NCBI GenBank assembly: GCA_964589735.1
Contig: CAZPUL010000009.1
Coordinates: 22,254 to 86,253, forward strand
Origin: an uncultured Verrucomicrobiota bacterium
GTDB lineage: Bacteria > Verrucomicrobiota > Verrucomicrobiia > Limisphaerales > JAEYXS01
Reading direction: 5' to 3'
Length of the DNA: 64,000 nucleotides
Shown: piece by piece, positions 31,049 to 40,629 of the stretch
How the letters are laid out: the number at the start of each line of letters is the position of its first letter
Numbering within the stretch: the stretch's first letter is position 1
Program-made: the position numbers and the translations under genes
Notes under the pieces: generated by a model
What the model was told of the DNA's origin: nothing
The model's database searches: none
Seen by the model: only the letters and a program-made list of their open reading frames with translations

Positions 31049-31945
31049 CTACTTTTTCTCATCCAACTTCAGATGCCTGTTCAGAAAATCCAGTATCTCC
31101 TTGGCCGCCTGGGGTGGTGCGCCAATGCCATGGCCCTTGCCTGGCACCACATATAAAGTCGATTCGACCCCCGCTTTGAGCAAAGCTTCGTGCAGAATCT
31201 TGCTCTGTTCCAACCGCACCATCGTGTCCTTGTCTCCGTGGACAATGTAAAAGGGTGCATCATCTGGCGTGATGTATTTGACCGGATTCGCCCGGGCCGC
31301 TTTGTCCAGGTTCTGCTCCAACGGGCCGCCCAGCAATTTGCCGATGTCGCTGTCGGGTGAAGTCCGCCATTTCGGATTCGTCACCAACTGGTTAAGGTCT
31401 GTTGGCGGATAAAAGGCGCAGATTGCCTGCACCCGGCTGGATTGCTCTAGATTGCCTCCCACGTCCCCCTCCAAATCCTTCAAGTCTGATGTCGTTCCGA
31501 GCAGCGCCGCCAGATGACCACCAGCGGAAGCACCAAATACCCCAATGCGACTGGCGTCCAGGTTCCACTTGTCTGCGTTCGCTTTGAGCCAGCGGACAAC
31601 CGCTTTGCAATCATGCAATTGCGCCGGGAATGACGCTTGGTCGAGCAGGCGATACTCGATGCTCACGACCGCAAAATCTTTTTGCGCCAGAAACGCCAAC
31701 GGACACCGCGCCTTGCTGCCAGCTTTCCACGCCCCGCCGTGAATCCAGATCAAAACCGGCAGACGATTCGTCGCCTGCTTCGGTTCATAAAGATCCAGCA
31801 TCAGCGGGATGCCGTCTGGCCGGGCATACTCAAGATCGCGCTTAACACTGACGTACTTAGGTGAATAAGTGCGGCAACCTGCGCCCACCACCACCACCGC
31901 GACCATCAAACACAACCAAAGGCTAAACTTCGCATTCATCTTCAA
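31049..31945 (-). CDS. Alpha/beta hydrolase (esterase/lipase-type) lipoprotein
   Basis: Lipobox VVVGAGC, oxyanion HGGAW, nucleophile elbow GASAGGHLA, and a C-terminal GKGHG. Confidence 0.75.
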   Translation of the reverse strand: MKMNAKFSLWLCLMVAVVVVGAGCRTYSPKYVSVKRDLEYARPDGIPLMLDLYEPKQATNRLPVLIWIHGGAWKAGSKARCPLAFLAQKDFAVVSIEYRLLDQASFPAQLHDCKAVVRWLKANADKWNLDASRIGVFGASAGGHLAALLGTTSDLKDLEGDVGGNLEQSSRVQAICAFYPPTDLNQLVTNPKWRTSPDSDIGKLLGGPLEQNLDKAARANPVKYITPDDAPFYIVHGDKDTMVRLEQSKILHEALLKAGVESTLYVVPGKGHGIGAPPQAAKEILDFLNRHLKLDEKK

Positions 31946-32145
31946 TGCCTCGGATACTCTGCTTTACTTCCGGCCTGCGCAATTTCTCTCTTGTGGCCAG
32001 CTGCGCATTTGCAATTGCACCATCGGTCTACGGCATGGGAACTGCTCCTTGTAAAGTGCGGACAACCCCTCGTTTCTTGCCCAAGCAGGCTGTCATTGGG
32101 CCGGTCTGAACCACTAAAAGTCCTGAGCCGGCCAGTTCTGGAGCT

Positions 32146-33264
32146 TTAGCCCTTCTTGTTCTGAAAGAGATAGTGAGAAACCAGCCATTCCCCACCGTTA
32201 CGATATCCCCACAGTTCACCACACGCCATGTAGAAAACACGCCAGTAAACCCACCACTTGGTCGTGTTCTCGGCCCCGTAAGTATCCGCGAAGATCTGGC
32301 GGATTTCCGGCTCATGGGCATCCATGTTGGCCAGCCACGCTTCGGCGGTCTTCTGGTAATGCACGCCGTTCACTCGCCAATGGTTTTGGAGACTCAGGTC
32401 ATCCTGAAAATACAGCAACAGATCATCAGAGGGCATGATGCCGCCGGTGAAGAAATAACGGGCCATCCAGTCGGACTCATCCTTGGCCACGAAATGATAG
32501 GCATACTCCTTGTGGGTGAAAATGTGCACGAAGAGCTTCCCGTCCGGCTTCAACCAGCGACTGATATTGCCGAGCAATGTCTGGTAATTCTTCATGTGCT
32601 CGAACATCTCCACCGACACCACGCGATCAAAACGGTTCGTCTCGATGTCGAAACGGTTCACGTCACAGGTGATGATGGTGACGTTCTTCAGGCCGCGCCG
32701 GGCGGCTTCGGCATCGATGAAAAGCTTCTGCGTGCGGGAATTGGAAACGCCCGTGATGCGTGCCTGTGGGTAACGCTCGGCCATCCACAAGGTCAGCGAG
32801 CCCCAACCACAGCCCAGCTCGAGTATCTCCTGTCCGTTAGCCAGCTCGGCCCTTTCGCCGTAAAACGCCAGCATCTTTTCTTCGGCCTCATCCAAAGTCT
32901 CAACCCCATCGGGCCAAAGAGCACCACTGTATTTCAGGCGCTTGCCGAGGCACAACTGGTAGAAACGCGTTGGCACTTCGTAGTGTTGCTCGTTCGCCGC
33001 CGGCATATCGACGGCAATCGGGCTGCGGCGGAGTTCATGAACCAGCTTCAACAGATGAGCCCGCTGGGCCTCGATGCTGCCCTTGTTCTCCTCCCGCAAG
33101 CGCTCGGCCAATAAACGGCGAATACCGATGCGCAGCAGGAAATCCGGGAACACATCTCGTTCCAGCAACCGGTCCAGCAGACCGGATGAGGCCGCCTTCT
33201 CATTGAACGAGAAAGATTCCACGTTTGCCGCCACCGATGCGGTTGATGCTTCGCTAGTCTTCAT
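32146..33264 (-). CDS. Cyclopropane-fatty-acyl-phospholipid synthase family SAM-dependent methyltransferase (second copy)
   Basis: SAM motif [26 protein letters not shown]; CMAS-family layout. ATG at 33264 forms an ATGA overlap with the upstream gene's stop. Confidence 0.8.
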   Translation of the reverse strand: MKTSEASTASVAANVESFSFNEKAASSGLLDRLLERDVFPDFLLRIGIRRLLAERLREENKGSIEAQRAHLLKLVHELRRSPIAVDMPAANEQHYEVPTRFYQLCLGKRLKYSGALWPDGVETLDEAEEKMLAFYGERAELANGQEILELGCGWGSLTLWMAERYPQARITGVSNSRTQKLFIDAEAARRGLKNVTIITCDVNRFDIETNRFDRVVSVEMFEHMKNYQTLLGNISRWLKPDGKLFVHIFTHKEYAYHFVAKDESDWMARYFFTGGIMPSDDLLLYFQDDLSLQNHWRVNGVHYQKTAEAWLANMDAHEPEIRQIFADTYGAENTTKWWVYWRVFYMACGELWGYRNGGEWLVSHYLFQNKKG

Positions 33265-34064
33265 GCTTGCTCCTTCTTTTTTGGAAACCACGGCACAAAC
33301 TTGTTCGTCGTGCGCTGATACTCTCGATAGGGCTCACCCTTGGTTTTCACCGCCAGTTCTTCTGTCATCGGGATGCCCGTCACCTTCAGCAGGAAATGCC
33401 ACATCAAGAGCGGGCAAAAGAAAGTGACCCAACCCCATGGCGAGCCGCAGGCGAACAGGAAGAACCCCACCCAGATCAACCATTCAAAGAAATAGTTCGG
33501 ATGGCGCGAATACCGCCACAGCCCCACCTGGCACACCCCGCCCTTGTTCGCCGGATTCGCTTTGAAGCTCTTTAACTGGGCATCAGCCACGGTTTCACCC
33601 GTCAGCGCAATCAGCCATACTGTGAAGCCAAACCATTCGACCAACTGGATCTGCGGTGCCGGGTTCAAAGCTGCCAAGAGAAATGGCAGCGAGAGCACAA
33701 GCTGCAACGCCCCTTGCAGTTGGAAAAACCAGAACATCTTACGGTCGGCAGCAGCTCCCCACTCCACACGTAATTGCGCATAGCGACGGTCTTCCACCGG
33801 ATGATGGCCCATCACGCGAAAATAAAGATACCCGCCCAAACGCAAACTCCACAGGGCTGCCATGGATGTGATGAGCCAACGGCGGGTGCCATCCCCATGC
33901 GCCAACACGCTATACAACACCGCCACGACACTGAACCCTGCCGACCAGGCTATATCTACGATACCGGCGTTATTGATACGCACACTAAGCCACCAGATGA
34001 AAGCCATCAGCATCACGCAGAAGGTGAACGCAACGGCCAGCAAGGCGAGAAAGTCGCTCAGCAT
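33261..34064 (-). CDS. DUF1295 (steroid 5-alpha-reductase/ICMT-like) membrane protein
   Basis: Multi-TM protein with the hallmark [21 protein letters not shown] at 34064 verified; 7-nt overlap with the upstream gene. Confidence 0.7.
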   Translation of the reverse strand: MLSDFLALLAVAFTFCVMLMAFIWWLSVRINNAGIVDIAWSAGFSVVAVLYSVLAHGDGTRRWLITSMAALWSLRLGGYLYFRVMGHHPVEDRRYAQLRVEWGAAADRKMFWFFQLQGALQLVLSLPFLLAALNPAPQIQLVEWFGFTVWLIALTGETVADAQLKSFKANPANKGGVCQVGLWRYSRHPNYFFEWLIWVGFFLFACGSPWGWVTFFCPLLMWHFLLKVTGIPMTEELAVKTKGEPYREYQRTTNKFVPWFPKKKEQA

Positions 34065-34591
34065 GGTTTCCCCTTGGTTGCCCAACGACGTATGATGGGT
34101 AAAAACGCCAGATACAATCCCCAGGCAATGAAGGGCGAGCACACTGCCCAGGCCAAAATGGCATGCAAACCAGTCATACCGAAGTCCTGCAGGAACTGAC
34201 CCGGCGACGCATTGAAACGATCCACCATGTCAGTGACAGAAAATGCCACCGGCTTGGCTCCGACCAATTTTTCTCCCAATCGGATGAATACCAGTATCAT
34301 CAGCAACTGCACACCTGACATAAGCCAGTTGATGAGCTGCAGGATGGGATGATTGAGCTTCAACGCTGCCCCGACCAGCAAGCACAGCGTGGTCGTACTG
34401 CCCAAGATCGGAAAGACCGACAAGACCAGGCCCAGCCCGATGGTGAGTGATGCTTTCTCCGGCGTAAGCCCTTGCTTCAACTGCCCTACCACGGGAGCCA
34501 CGATGCGACGCTGCCAGAATGATTCCCTTGCCGCGGCAACTGGTGCCACCACAGGTTCAGGCATTCTGTTAAGGGCATCACTCACGAGCAT
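34058..34591 (-). CDS. DUF2062-like membrane protein
   Basis: SLTIGLGLVLSVFPILGSTTTLCLLVGAALKLNHPILQ plus further TMs, matching the DUF2062 pattern (from memory). Confidence 0.6.
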   Translation of the reverse strand: MLVSDALNRMPEPVVAPVAAARESFWQRRIVAPVVGQLKQGLTPEKASLTIGLGLVLSVFPILGSTTTLCLLVGAALKLNHPILQLINWLMSGVQLLMILVFIRLGEKLVGAKPVAFSVTDMVDRFNASPGQFLQDFGMTGLHAILAWAVCSPFIAWGLYLAFLPIIRRWATKGKPC

Positions 34592-34597
34592 AGTCTT

Positions 34598-34945
34598 TCA
34601 GGCGGCAACTCTTGCTGCCGGTCGCAGTAACAGGTCTTCCATCCGGGCATGGGCAGGAAGTTTGAAAAGCCGATAGAGCATGTAGGCAGCCATGGCGATG
34701 TTGCCAAGCAGCAGGATGGCCAAGAGCCAGATGACACGGGCGACGTTCGATGTCTCCCGATAAGCCAGCCAGAGGTAGAATGTGAGGAAACCAAAGTAAG
34801 TATCAAACAACGTAGCGATGAACCATGGGTGCGTGGCCACCTCCCGTGGCGTCTTCCACAAAGCCACTTCCGTGCTGGCCCAAGATGTGACCGCCAGCAT
34901 GGCGATCAGCACAAAGATGAAGAATCCTCGAAAAAATGTTATCAT
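34598..34945 (-). CDS. Small 4-TM membrane protein (DUF1475-like)
   Basis: ATG at 34945 verified, 1 nt after the upstream stop. Motif HPWFIATLFDTYFGFLTFYLWLAYRE. The ORF-track N-terminal extension overlaps the upstream cfa gene and was rejected. Confidence 0.55.
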   Translation of the reverse strand: MITFFRGFFIFVLIAMLAVTSWASTEVALWKTPREVATHPWFIATLFDTYFGFLTFYLWLAYRETSNVARVIWLLAILLLGNIAMAAYMLYRLFKLPAHARMEDLLLRPAARVAA

Positions 34946-34946
34946 A

Positions 34947-36242
34947 TCAACCACGCAAAGTTGGGTTGTTCGGCCAGCTATAGACCACTTGCACCACGCT
35001 GATATTACGCATGGCAAAGGCCGCCTCGCAGTAACAGAGGTAATAGTTCCATTTGCGGATGAAGCGTTCATCAAATCCCTGCGCTTTCACTCCTTCGCCC
35101 CGGGCATTGAACGCCTCCCACCACAGGTGCAGGGTGCGGGCGTAGGAGAGGCCGATATCTTTCAGATCATACAGCACCATGCCGCCCGTGTTCTGGATGG
35201 CCTGATTCACACGCCCCACCGAGAGCAGCAAAGAACCCGGGAAGATATGCTTTTGGATCCAATCCACATTCGTGCGCAGCGAGTCGTACCGTGAATCGGC
35301 ACAGGTGATCATCTGCAAAGCCAGCAAACCATCCGGCTTCAAAAGCTGCTGGCAATTGGCGAAATAGGTCTCCAAAAATTTGTCACCTACCGCCTCTAGC
35401 ATCTCGATGGAAACTATTTTATCAAACTTGCCCGCGATGAGGCGGTAATCCTGCAACAAGATTTCCACGCGATCCGCCACTCCTTCTTGCTTAAACCTTT
35501 CCTGCGCGAACTTGTATTGCTCCTCCGAGATGGTGACCGTGGTCACACGGCAGCCGTAGTGCTTCACCGCATGACACGCCATGCCACCCCATCCGCTACC
35601 GATCTCCAACAAGTGATCCGTCGGCTTGAGTTTGAGCTGACGGCAGAGGCGGTCGTATTTGGCCACCTGAGCTTCCTCCAATGTCTGCGATGCCGCTGTG
35701 AAATGCGCGCTGGAGTAGGTCATCGTAGGGTCTAGAAAAAGCCGGTAGAAACAGTTACCCAAGTCATAATGCTCGTGGATGTTCTGCTTGCTCATCGCCA
35801 CGCTGTTGGCCCGGCGCTCGTGCAGCCAGACATTATAGCGGCGAAAGAGATTGAGCGCCGTATCCTTCCCGGCCTTGGAACCGGACATCGTCGGGGCATG
35901 GGCGATATTGGCGATGAACCAAGAGATCACATCCGTGACGTTCTCCGTATCCCAGTCCCCATCCACGTAAGCCTCGCCAAAACCGACATCACCGAACAGA
36001 ACGCACCGGCGGAAGAACTCTTCCCGGCGCACCTTGATGTTCGCTGCCGGCGTTGCATTGAGCTGGCCGAAGACGCGCACTTCGCCATCGGGGAACTCAA
36101 AACGCAGGCAGCCCGCCTGCATCGGCACCAGTGAGGCCATAACCGCCTGGCGATAGAGGCGCTGAAGCCAGGTGAGGCTTTGCGACACGCCTGTTGCCGA
36201 TGGTTGCTCCAAGGTGGCGATGGGATGGCTCGTTAAACTCAT
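34947..36242 (-). CDS. cfa: Cyclopropane-fatty-acyl-phospholipid synthase family SAM-dependent methyltransferase
   Basis: YDLGNCFYRLFLDPTMTYSSAHF, LLEIGSGWGGMA, VTTVTISEEQ, IVSIEMLEAVG, LYDLKDIGLSYARTLHLW: full-length CMAS pattern. ATGA overlap with the upstream DUF1365 gene. Confidence 0.85.
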   Translation of the reverse strand: MSLTSHPIATLEQPSATGVSQSLTWLQRLYRQAVMASLVPMQAGCLRFEFPDGEVRVFGQLNATPAANIKVRREEFFRRCVLFGDVGFGEAYVDGDWDTENVTDVISWFIANIAHAPTMSGSKAGKDTALNLFRRYNVWLHERRANSVAMSKQNIHEHYDLGNCFYRLFLDPTMTYSSAHFTAASQTLEEAQVAKYDRLCRQLKLKPTDHLLEIGSGWGGMACHAVKHYGCRVTTVTISEEQYKFAQERFKQEGVADRVEILLQDYRLIAGKFDKIVSIEMLEAVGDKFLETYFANCQQLLKPDGLLALQMITCADSRYDSLRTNVDWIQKHIFPGSLLLSVGRVNQAIQNTGGMVLYDLKDIGLSYARTLHLWWEAFNARGEGVKAQGFDERFIRKWNYYLCYCEAAFAMRNISVVQVVYSWPNNPTLRG

Positions 36243-37051
36243 AAAGGTTTTCCTGAGATAGAGACATGAGGATTCAAGACATCACGCTGCAAGGCCGTAT
36301 CGGCCGCTTTGCGAAAGAACGGAATCTTTTTCCGCCAGAGCAAGAAAGCATGCCAATGGATGAGCGTAATGACTTTCAAAGTCACAAAAGGATATTTCAA
36401 CGTGAACCAGGCCAGTTGGCGGCTGGTCAAGGGGGCTCGATGGCCGCTCAACGTACTAAGCAGTGCCCGGTCAGCTCCTACCCAATCATCCACATGGATT
36501 TCGAGCTGCTCAGCCGGCAGACGCAACTTGAACTCGAATTCCGTATCCAAGGTGGAGAATGGGGAGACGTAGAAATGCTTGGGTGCACGGAGATGAAAAC
36601 GCCCCGCTTGACCTTCGACTGGCACAACTAGAAACGGCTTCATTTCCCGGAACGTATTGCCCACTTCAGCAACGGCACAAACCGGCTTTTCATCCGGCGT
36701 GAAGCAAAAATAGAACGACACTGGATTGAACACATACCCCAGCATGCGCGGGAACGTAAGCAAGCGGATGCGGGCATCTGATGGGAGATTCACACCATTG
36801 CGCGCCAGATAGGCGAGCACGTTCTGCTTCACGCCGCCAGTCGTAAGCTGGAGATGATCCGCATCACGGAAGCTGTAAAGATTGAAACGATTTCGGCTGA
36901 AACCAGTGATGTTCCCAGACAAGGAGTCCAACTCATCCAAGTCCAGATAGAACATGAACACCGGATAATTGAAATGATGCTCCTTCGGCTTCAGGCGATG
37001 ATGCATCACTGAACACTCGTAGAGGCAGGAATGTTGAATCGGCGCACTCAT
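36239..37051 (-). CDS. DUF1365 protein
   Basis: LYECSVMHHRLKPKEHHFNYPVFMFYLDLDELD matches the DUF1365 N-terminal signature. ATGA overlap with the upstream oxidoreductase (verified at 37048-37051). Confidence 0.75.
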   Translation of the reverse strand: MSAPIQHSCLYECSVMHHRLKPKEHHFNYPVFMFYLDLDELDSLSGNITGFSRNRFNLYSFRDADHLQLTTGGVKQNVLAYLARNGVNLPSDARIRLLTFPRMLGYVFNPVSFYFCFTPDEKPVCAVAEVGNTFREMKPFLVVPVEGQAGRFHLRAPKHFYVSPFSTLDTEFEFKLRLPAEQLEIHVDDWVGADRALLSTLSGHRAPLTSRQLAWFTLKYPFVTLKVITLIHWHAFLLWRKKIPFFRKAADTALQRDVLNPHVSISGKPL

Positions 37052-38322
37052 GCCCAAGTCTCCTTGCCCAGCATCACGCGACACAAATCAACGGCCGAGG
37101 TGAAGGCATCTTCGTGGAAGCCGTAACGGAAATAGCTGCCCGCAAAGTAAACCGCTTGCGCGGGCGAACGCTGGTTTAGTTTTGGCAAGTCCTGCTGCGC
37201 CATAATAGCCCCCAGACTGAACAACGGATGCTCGTAGTTGATCTGCTTCAGGATACGGGCGGGATTCACGCGCTCCGCCCCATTGATGGAGATGAAATAG
37301 TTTTCCCGCTCCGAAACGCCCTGCAAGCGGTTCATCCAGTATATGGTGCTGGGCTGGACCTTGCCCGCGGCATCCACATTGATGCGGTAATTCCACGAAG
37401 ACCAAGCGAGTTTGGTCCGGGGCATCACCGAGGCATCCGTGTGCAATGTCGCCAGATTCGGCTGATACTTGAACTCGCTCAGCAAACGGCGTTCTTCCGC
37501 ATCCGCATCCTGGAGCATCGCGAGCGTTTGATCCGCATGGCTGGCGAGAATGACCTTATCAAAAACCTCTGATTTGCCATCATCACTCGTTACCGTTATG
37601 CCTGCGCCAGTGCGAGAGACGCTTACCACCTTACGTTGCAGATGCGTCACTGGGCCGACTGCCTGCAATATCTTCGTCACATACGATTTCGCCCCGTTCA
37701 CCACGGTCCACCAAGGATGCTGGGTGTGCAGGCCAAGGAAGCCATGGTTATGAAAGAAGCGAATCAAGGCCATCGCGGGAAACTCCAACATCAACTCAGG
37801 CGGCGTGGACCAGACCGCGGCACTCATCGGCATCAGATAGAAATTCAGGAAATCGGCCCCATATCCGCGTTCCTCAACAAATTGCTGCACAGTGTGGGAC
37901 GCATAAGCCGGATTCGTCAAAGCTTTCACCGCCTCGCCATTGAAGCGATTCACCTGCCAGAGTAGCGCGTAGAAACGTGGATTCACTAAGTTACTACGCT
38001 GGGCGAACAGATGATTCAAACTGGAGCCGCAATACTCCAAGCCCGTCGGCACATGCTGCACGCTGAACGACATGTCCGTCGGTTTGATGGCCACATCCAA
38101 TTCGGTGAACAAACGGCAGAGGTTGGGATACGTGACTTTGTTGAAGACCATGAAACCCGTGTCAATGGGCACCGGTGTGCCGCCTTCATCCACGGTCACT
38201 GTGTTCGTATGGCCGCCGACGTAGTTGTTCTGCTCGAAAAGCGTCAGCGCGAAATGACGACGCAGCAAATAAGCGCAGCCTAAGCCCGCTATGCCTGTGC
38301 CGATGATCGCCAGTCGCTTCAT
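37048..38322 (-). CDS. FAD/NAD(P)-binding amine-oxidase-like oxidoreductase
   Basis: Dinucleotide fold MKRLAIIGTGIAGLGCAYLL...LFEQNNYVGGH. The length and C-terminal ..YFAGSYFRYGFHEDA motif are typical of the COG2907 type that pairs with DUF1365 and cfa. Confidence 0.8.
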   Translation of the reverse strand: MKRLAIIGTGIAGLGCAYLLRRHFALTLFEQNNYVGGHTNTVTVDEGGTPVPIDTGFMVFNKVTYPNLCRLFTELDVAIKPTDMSFSVQHVPTGLEYCGSSLNHLFAQRSNLVNPRFYALLWQVNRFNGEAVKALTNPAYASHTVQQFVEERGYGADFLNFYLMPMSAAVWSTPPELMLEFPAMALIRFFHNHGFLGLHTQHPWWTVVNGAKSYVTKILQAVGPVTHLQRKVVSVSRTGAGITVTSDDGKSEVFDKVILASHADQTLAMLQDADAEERRLLSEFKYQPNLATLHTDASVMPRTKLAWSSWNYRINVDAAGKVQPSTIYWMNRLQGVSERENYFISINGAERVNPARILKQINYEHPLFSLGAIMAQQDLPKLNQRSPAQAVYFAGSYFRYGFHEDAFTSAVDLCRVMLGKETWA

Positions 38323-38343
38323 GGTTTCGTTAAGAGATACGCC

Positions 38344-39315
38344 CTATGCTTTGACTGCCCGGAGGGTTTTAGCCTCCGCATAGACCGAGGCAGGAACGGG
38401 CCGCAATCCCCAGATCAGACCAGTCCAAGACAGCAGCTTGAGCCCGTAATAAGTGGGGTCGAATTCCCACCAATAAAAGCCTTGGCGGGTGGCGTTCATG
38501 TAGTGGTGATGATTGTTGTGCCAGCCCTCACCCAGCGTGATCAGCGAAAGCAGGAAACTGTTGCGGCTGTCATCCTGGGTCGGGAAGCGTTTGCGACCAA
38601 AAATGTGCGCGAGTGAATTGATGGAGCAGGTGCCATGAAACAGGACCGTGGTGCTGATGAAGAATCCCCAGACCAGCAACTGCCCGCCCGTGACGCCCAA
38701 GCCTGGGGCGAAATGCTCCAAGGCCATGCCCGAAAGCAGCAAAGCGACTGCCAGTAATGCCGGCACCAACGCATCAAAGCGGTTCAGGAATACGAGTTCG
38801 GGATACTTCGCCAGATCGCGCACTTTGGTGTAGTCGGTAGGGAAATTGCGCGCGCTCGTGATCCAGCCGATGTGGGACCACCAGAAACCGTGCTGATGCG
38901 GGGAGTGCTTGTCATTCTCTTCATCCGAATGCTGATGATGGTGCCGGTGATGATATGCCCACCACAGCGGACCACGTTGCACCGCCGAAGCGCCGATCAA
39001 GGCAAAAAGGAACTGTCCGCCCCGGCTGGTTTGAAAAGACCGATGGGAAAAGTAGCGGTGATAAAAACCGGTGATCGCAAACATCCGCAGCAGATAAAGA
39101 CCGATGGCTACGGCCACCGCCGTCCAGCTCCAGCCCACGATGAACACACCCAAACAGCCGACATGTAAAATAATGAATGGGATACAACGGACCAACTCCA
39201 CCCGGTCAGGTTTGGCCAGCACTTGTGCACGGTCTTCTCCGCCGTGATAGTCGGCATCAAACCACTGCACCAAGGATGTGCTTATCGACCGCCAAATGGT
39301 TCTTTTTTGATTCAT
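38344..39315 (-). CDS. Membrane acyl-CoA/acyl-lipid (delta-9-type) fatty acid desaturase
   Basis: Three His boxes: HRYFSHRS, HHRHHHQHSD, HNNHHHY; four TMs. Confidence 0.85.
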   Translation of the reverse strand: MNQKRTIWRSISTSLVQWFDADYHGGEDRAQVLAKPDRVELVRCIPFIILHVGCLGVFIVGWSWTAVAVAIGLYLLRMFAITGFYHRYFSHRSFQTSRGGQFLFALIGASAVQRGPLWWAYHHRHHHQHSDEENDKHSPHQHGFWWSHIGWITSARNFPTDYTKVRDLAKYPELVFLNRFDALVPALLAVALLLSGMALEHFAPGLGVTGGQLLVWGFFISTTVLFHGTCSINSLAHIFGRKRFPTQDDSRNSFLLSLITLGEGWHNNHHHYMNATRQGFYWWEFDPTYYGLKLLSWTGLIWGLRPVPASVYAEAKTLRAVKA

Positions 39316-39483
39316 AGCCCGGCACTACTTCCCGCAAAAGGTTTTGCAACTCGTGAGGCTTTAGAAGCGTTCATTAAACCCGACAAGTGTTGTATTTAAG
39401 TTTCTAACCTAGACGAAAGTTGTACCCGAATCAGGCTTTGTCAAAGATTTGTCTAAGTTAAAGAAATGGCGCGTAAACACATC

Positions 39484-39517
39484 GGGCGGAACCGGTTAAA
39501 CCAGTTCCGCCCGTTTT
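39484..39517. terminator. Strong hairpin with a T-run on the + strand, between purM (3') and the desaturase (5')
   Basis: Perfect 9-bp stem GGGCGGAAC/GTTCCGCCC (39484-39492 / 39504-39512) with extra inner pairs, followed by GTTTTGT on the + strand. On the minus strand it is followed only by GAUGUGUUUAC. Confidence 0.55.
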
Positions 39518-39544
39518 GTAGAGGATATTTCTAACGAAACTTTG

Positions 39545-40600
39545 TCAGACAACCTGCGAGATACCTGTGCCCTTGGCCACATCGCCTATGATCCACGCCT
39601 TATGCTTGGCGGCCTTGATGGTCTGGAGCACGGCATCTGCCTTGTCCGCCGAGACGATTGCCACCATGCCGATGCCCATGTTGAAGACCTGATACAGTTC
39701 GGCCTCGTCCACGCCGCCCTTTTCTTTGATCATCTGGAAGATCGGCAGCATATCCCAAGTGCCCTTGCGGATGATGACATCGCAGTTCTTCGGCAGCACG
39801 CGCGGGATGTTGTCGATAAACCCTCCACCCGTGATGTGCGCGAACGCCTTCACCGCGTCGGGCTTGCCCGGCTTGTTAAATTTCTTCAACAGAGTTTGCA
39901 CCGCCACGTTGTAGCTGACGTGTACCTTGAGCAACTCGTCACCGATCGTATTGGCCAATTCAGCCACCTTGCTTTTCGGCTTCAGCTTCAGCTTCTCGAA
40001 GAAAATCTGGCGGGCCAATGAGTAACCGTTCGTATGCAAGCCGCTGGACTCGATACCGATGACGACGTCGCCCTTCTTGATGCTCTTCTGGCCGTCCAGC
40101 ATGCGCGACTTCTCCACTACACCGACAATCGTGCCGCTCACATCATACTCGCCCGGCTGATAGAAACCCGGCATCTGCGCCGTCTCGCCACCGATGAGCG
40201 AGCAGTTATTGTAAGCGCAAGCACGGGCGAAACCCTTGATGACTTCCGTGAAGACATGCGGCTCCAGCTTGCCGGTCCCGAGGTAATCGAGGAAGAAAAG
40301 CGGTTCCGCACCCAGCACCGCGATGTCGTCTACGCAATGATTCACCAGGTCCTCGCCGATGGTGTCGTGCTTGTCCATCGCGAAGGCCAGCTTGAGCTTC
40401 GTGCCCACGCCGTCCACGGAGGAGACCATGATCGGCTGCTTGTATTTCTTCAAGTCGAGCGCGAAGAGCCCGCCGAAACCGCCCACCTTGCCCAGCACTT
40501 CTTTACGATGCGTGGACGCGAGCAATTGCGGCAAGGTCGCTTTGACACGGTTGCCCAGATCGATATCTACACCGGCGGCGGCGTATGCTTTCTTCTTCAT
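39545..40600 (-). CDS. purM: Phosphoribosylformylglycinamidine cyclo-ligase (AIR synthetase)
   Basis: YAAAGVDIDLGN, DGVGTKLK, GEDLVNHCVDDI, and the full-length PurM pattern. Confidence 0.95.
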   Translation of the reverse strand: MKKKAYAAAGVDIDLGNRVKATLPQLLASTHRKEVLGKVGGFGGLFALDLKKYKQPIMVSSVDGVGTKLKLAFAMDKHDTIGEDLVNHCVDDIAVLGAEPLFFLDYLGTGKLEPHVFTEVIKGFARACAYNNCSLIGGETAQMPGFYQPGEYDVSGTIVGVVEKSRMLDGQKSIKKGDVVIGIESSGLHTNGYSLARQIFFEKLKLKPKSKVAELANTIGDELLKVHVSYNVAVQTLLKKFNKPGKPDAVKAFAHITGGGFIDNIPRVLPKNCDVIIRKGTWDMLPIFQMIKEKGGVDEAELYQVFNMGIGMVAIVSADKADAVLQTIKAAKHKAWIIGDVAKGTGISQVV

Positions 40601-40629
40601 TTCAGATCAAAATTTAAACTTCCCTGCAC

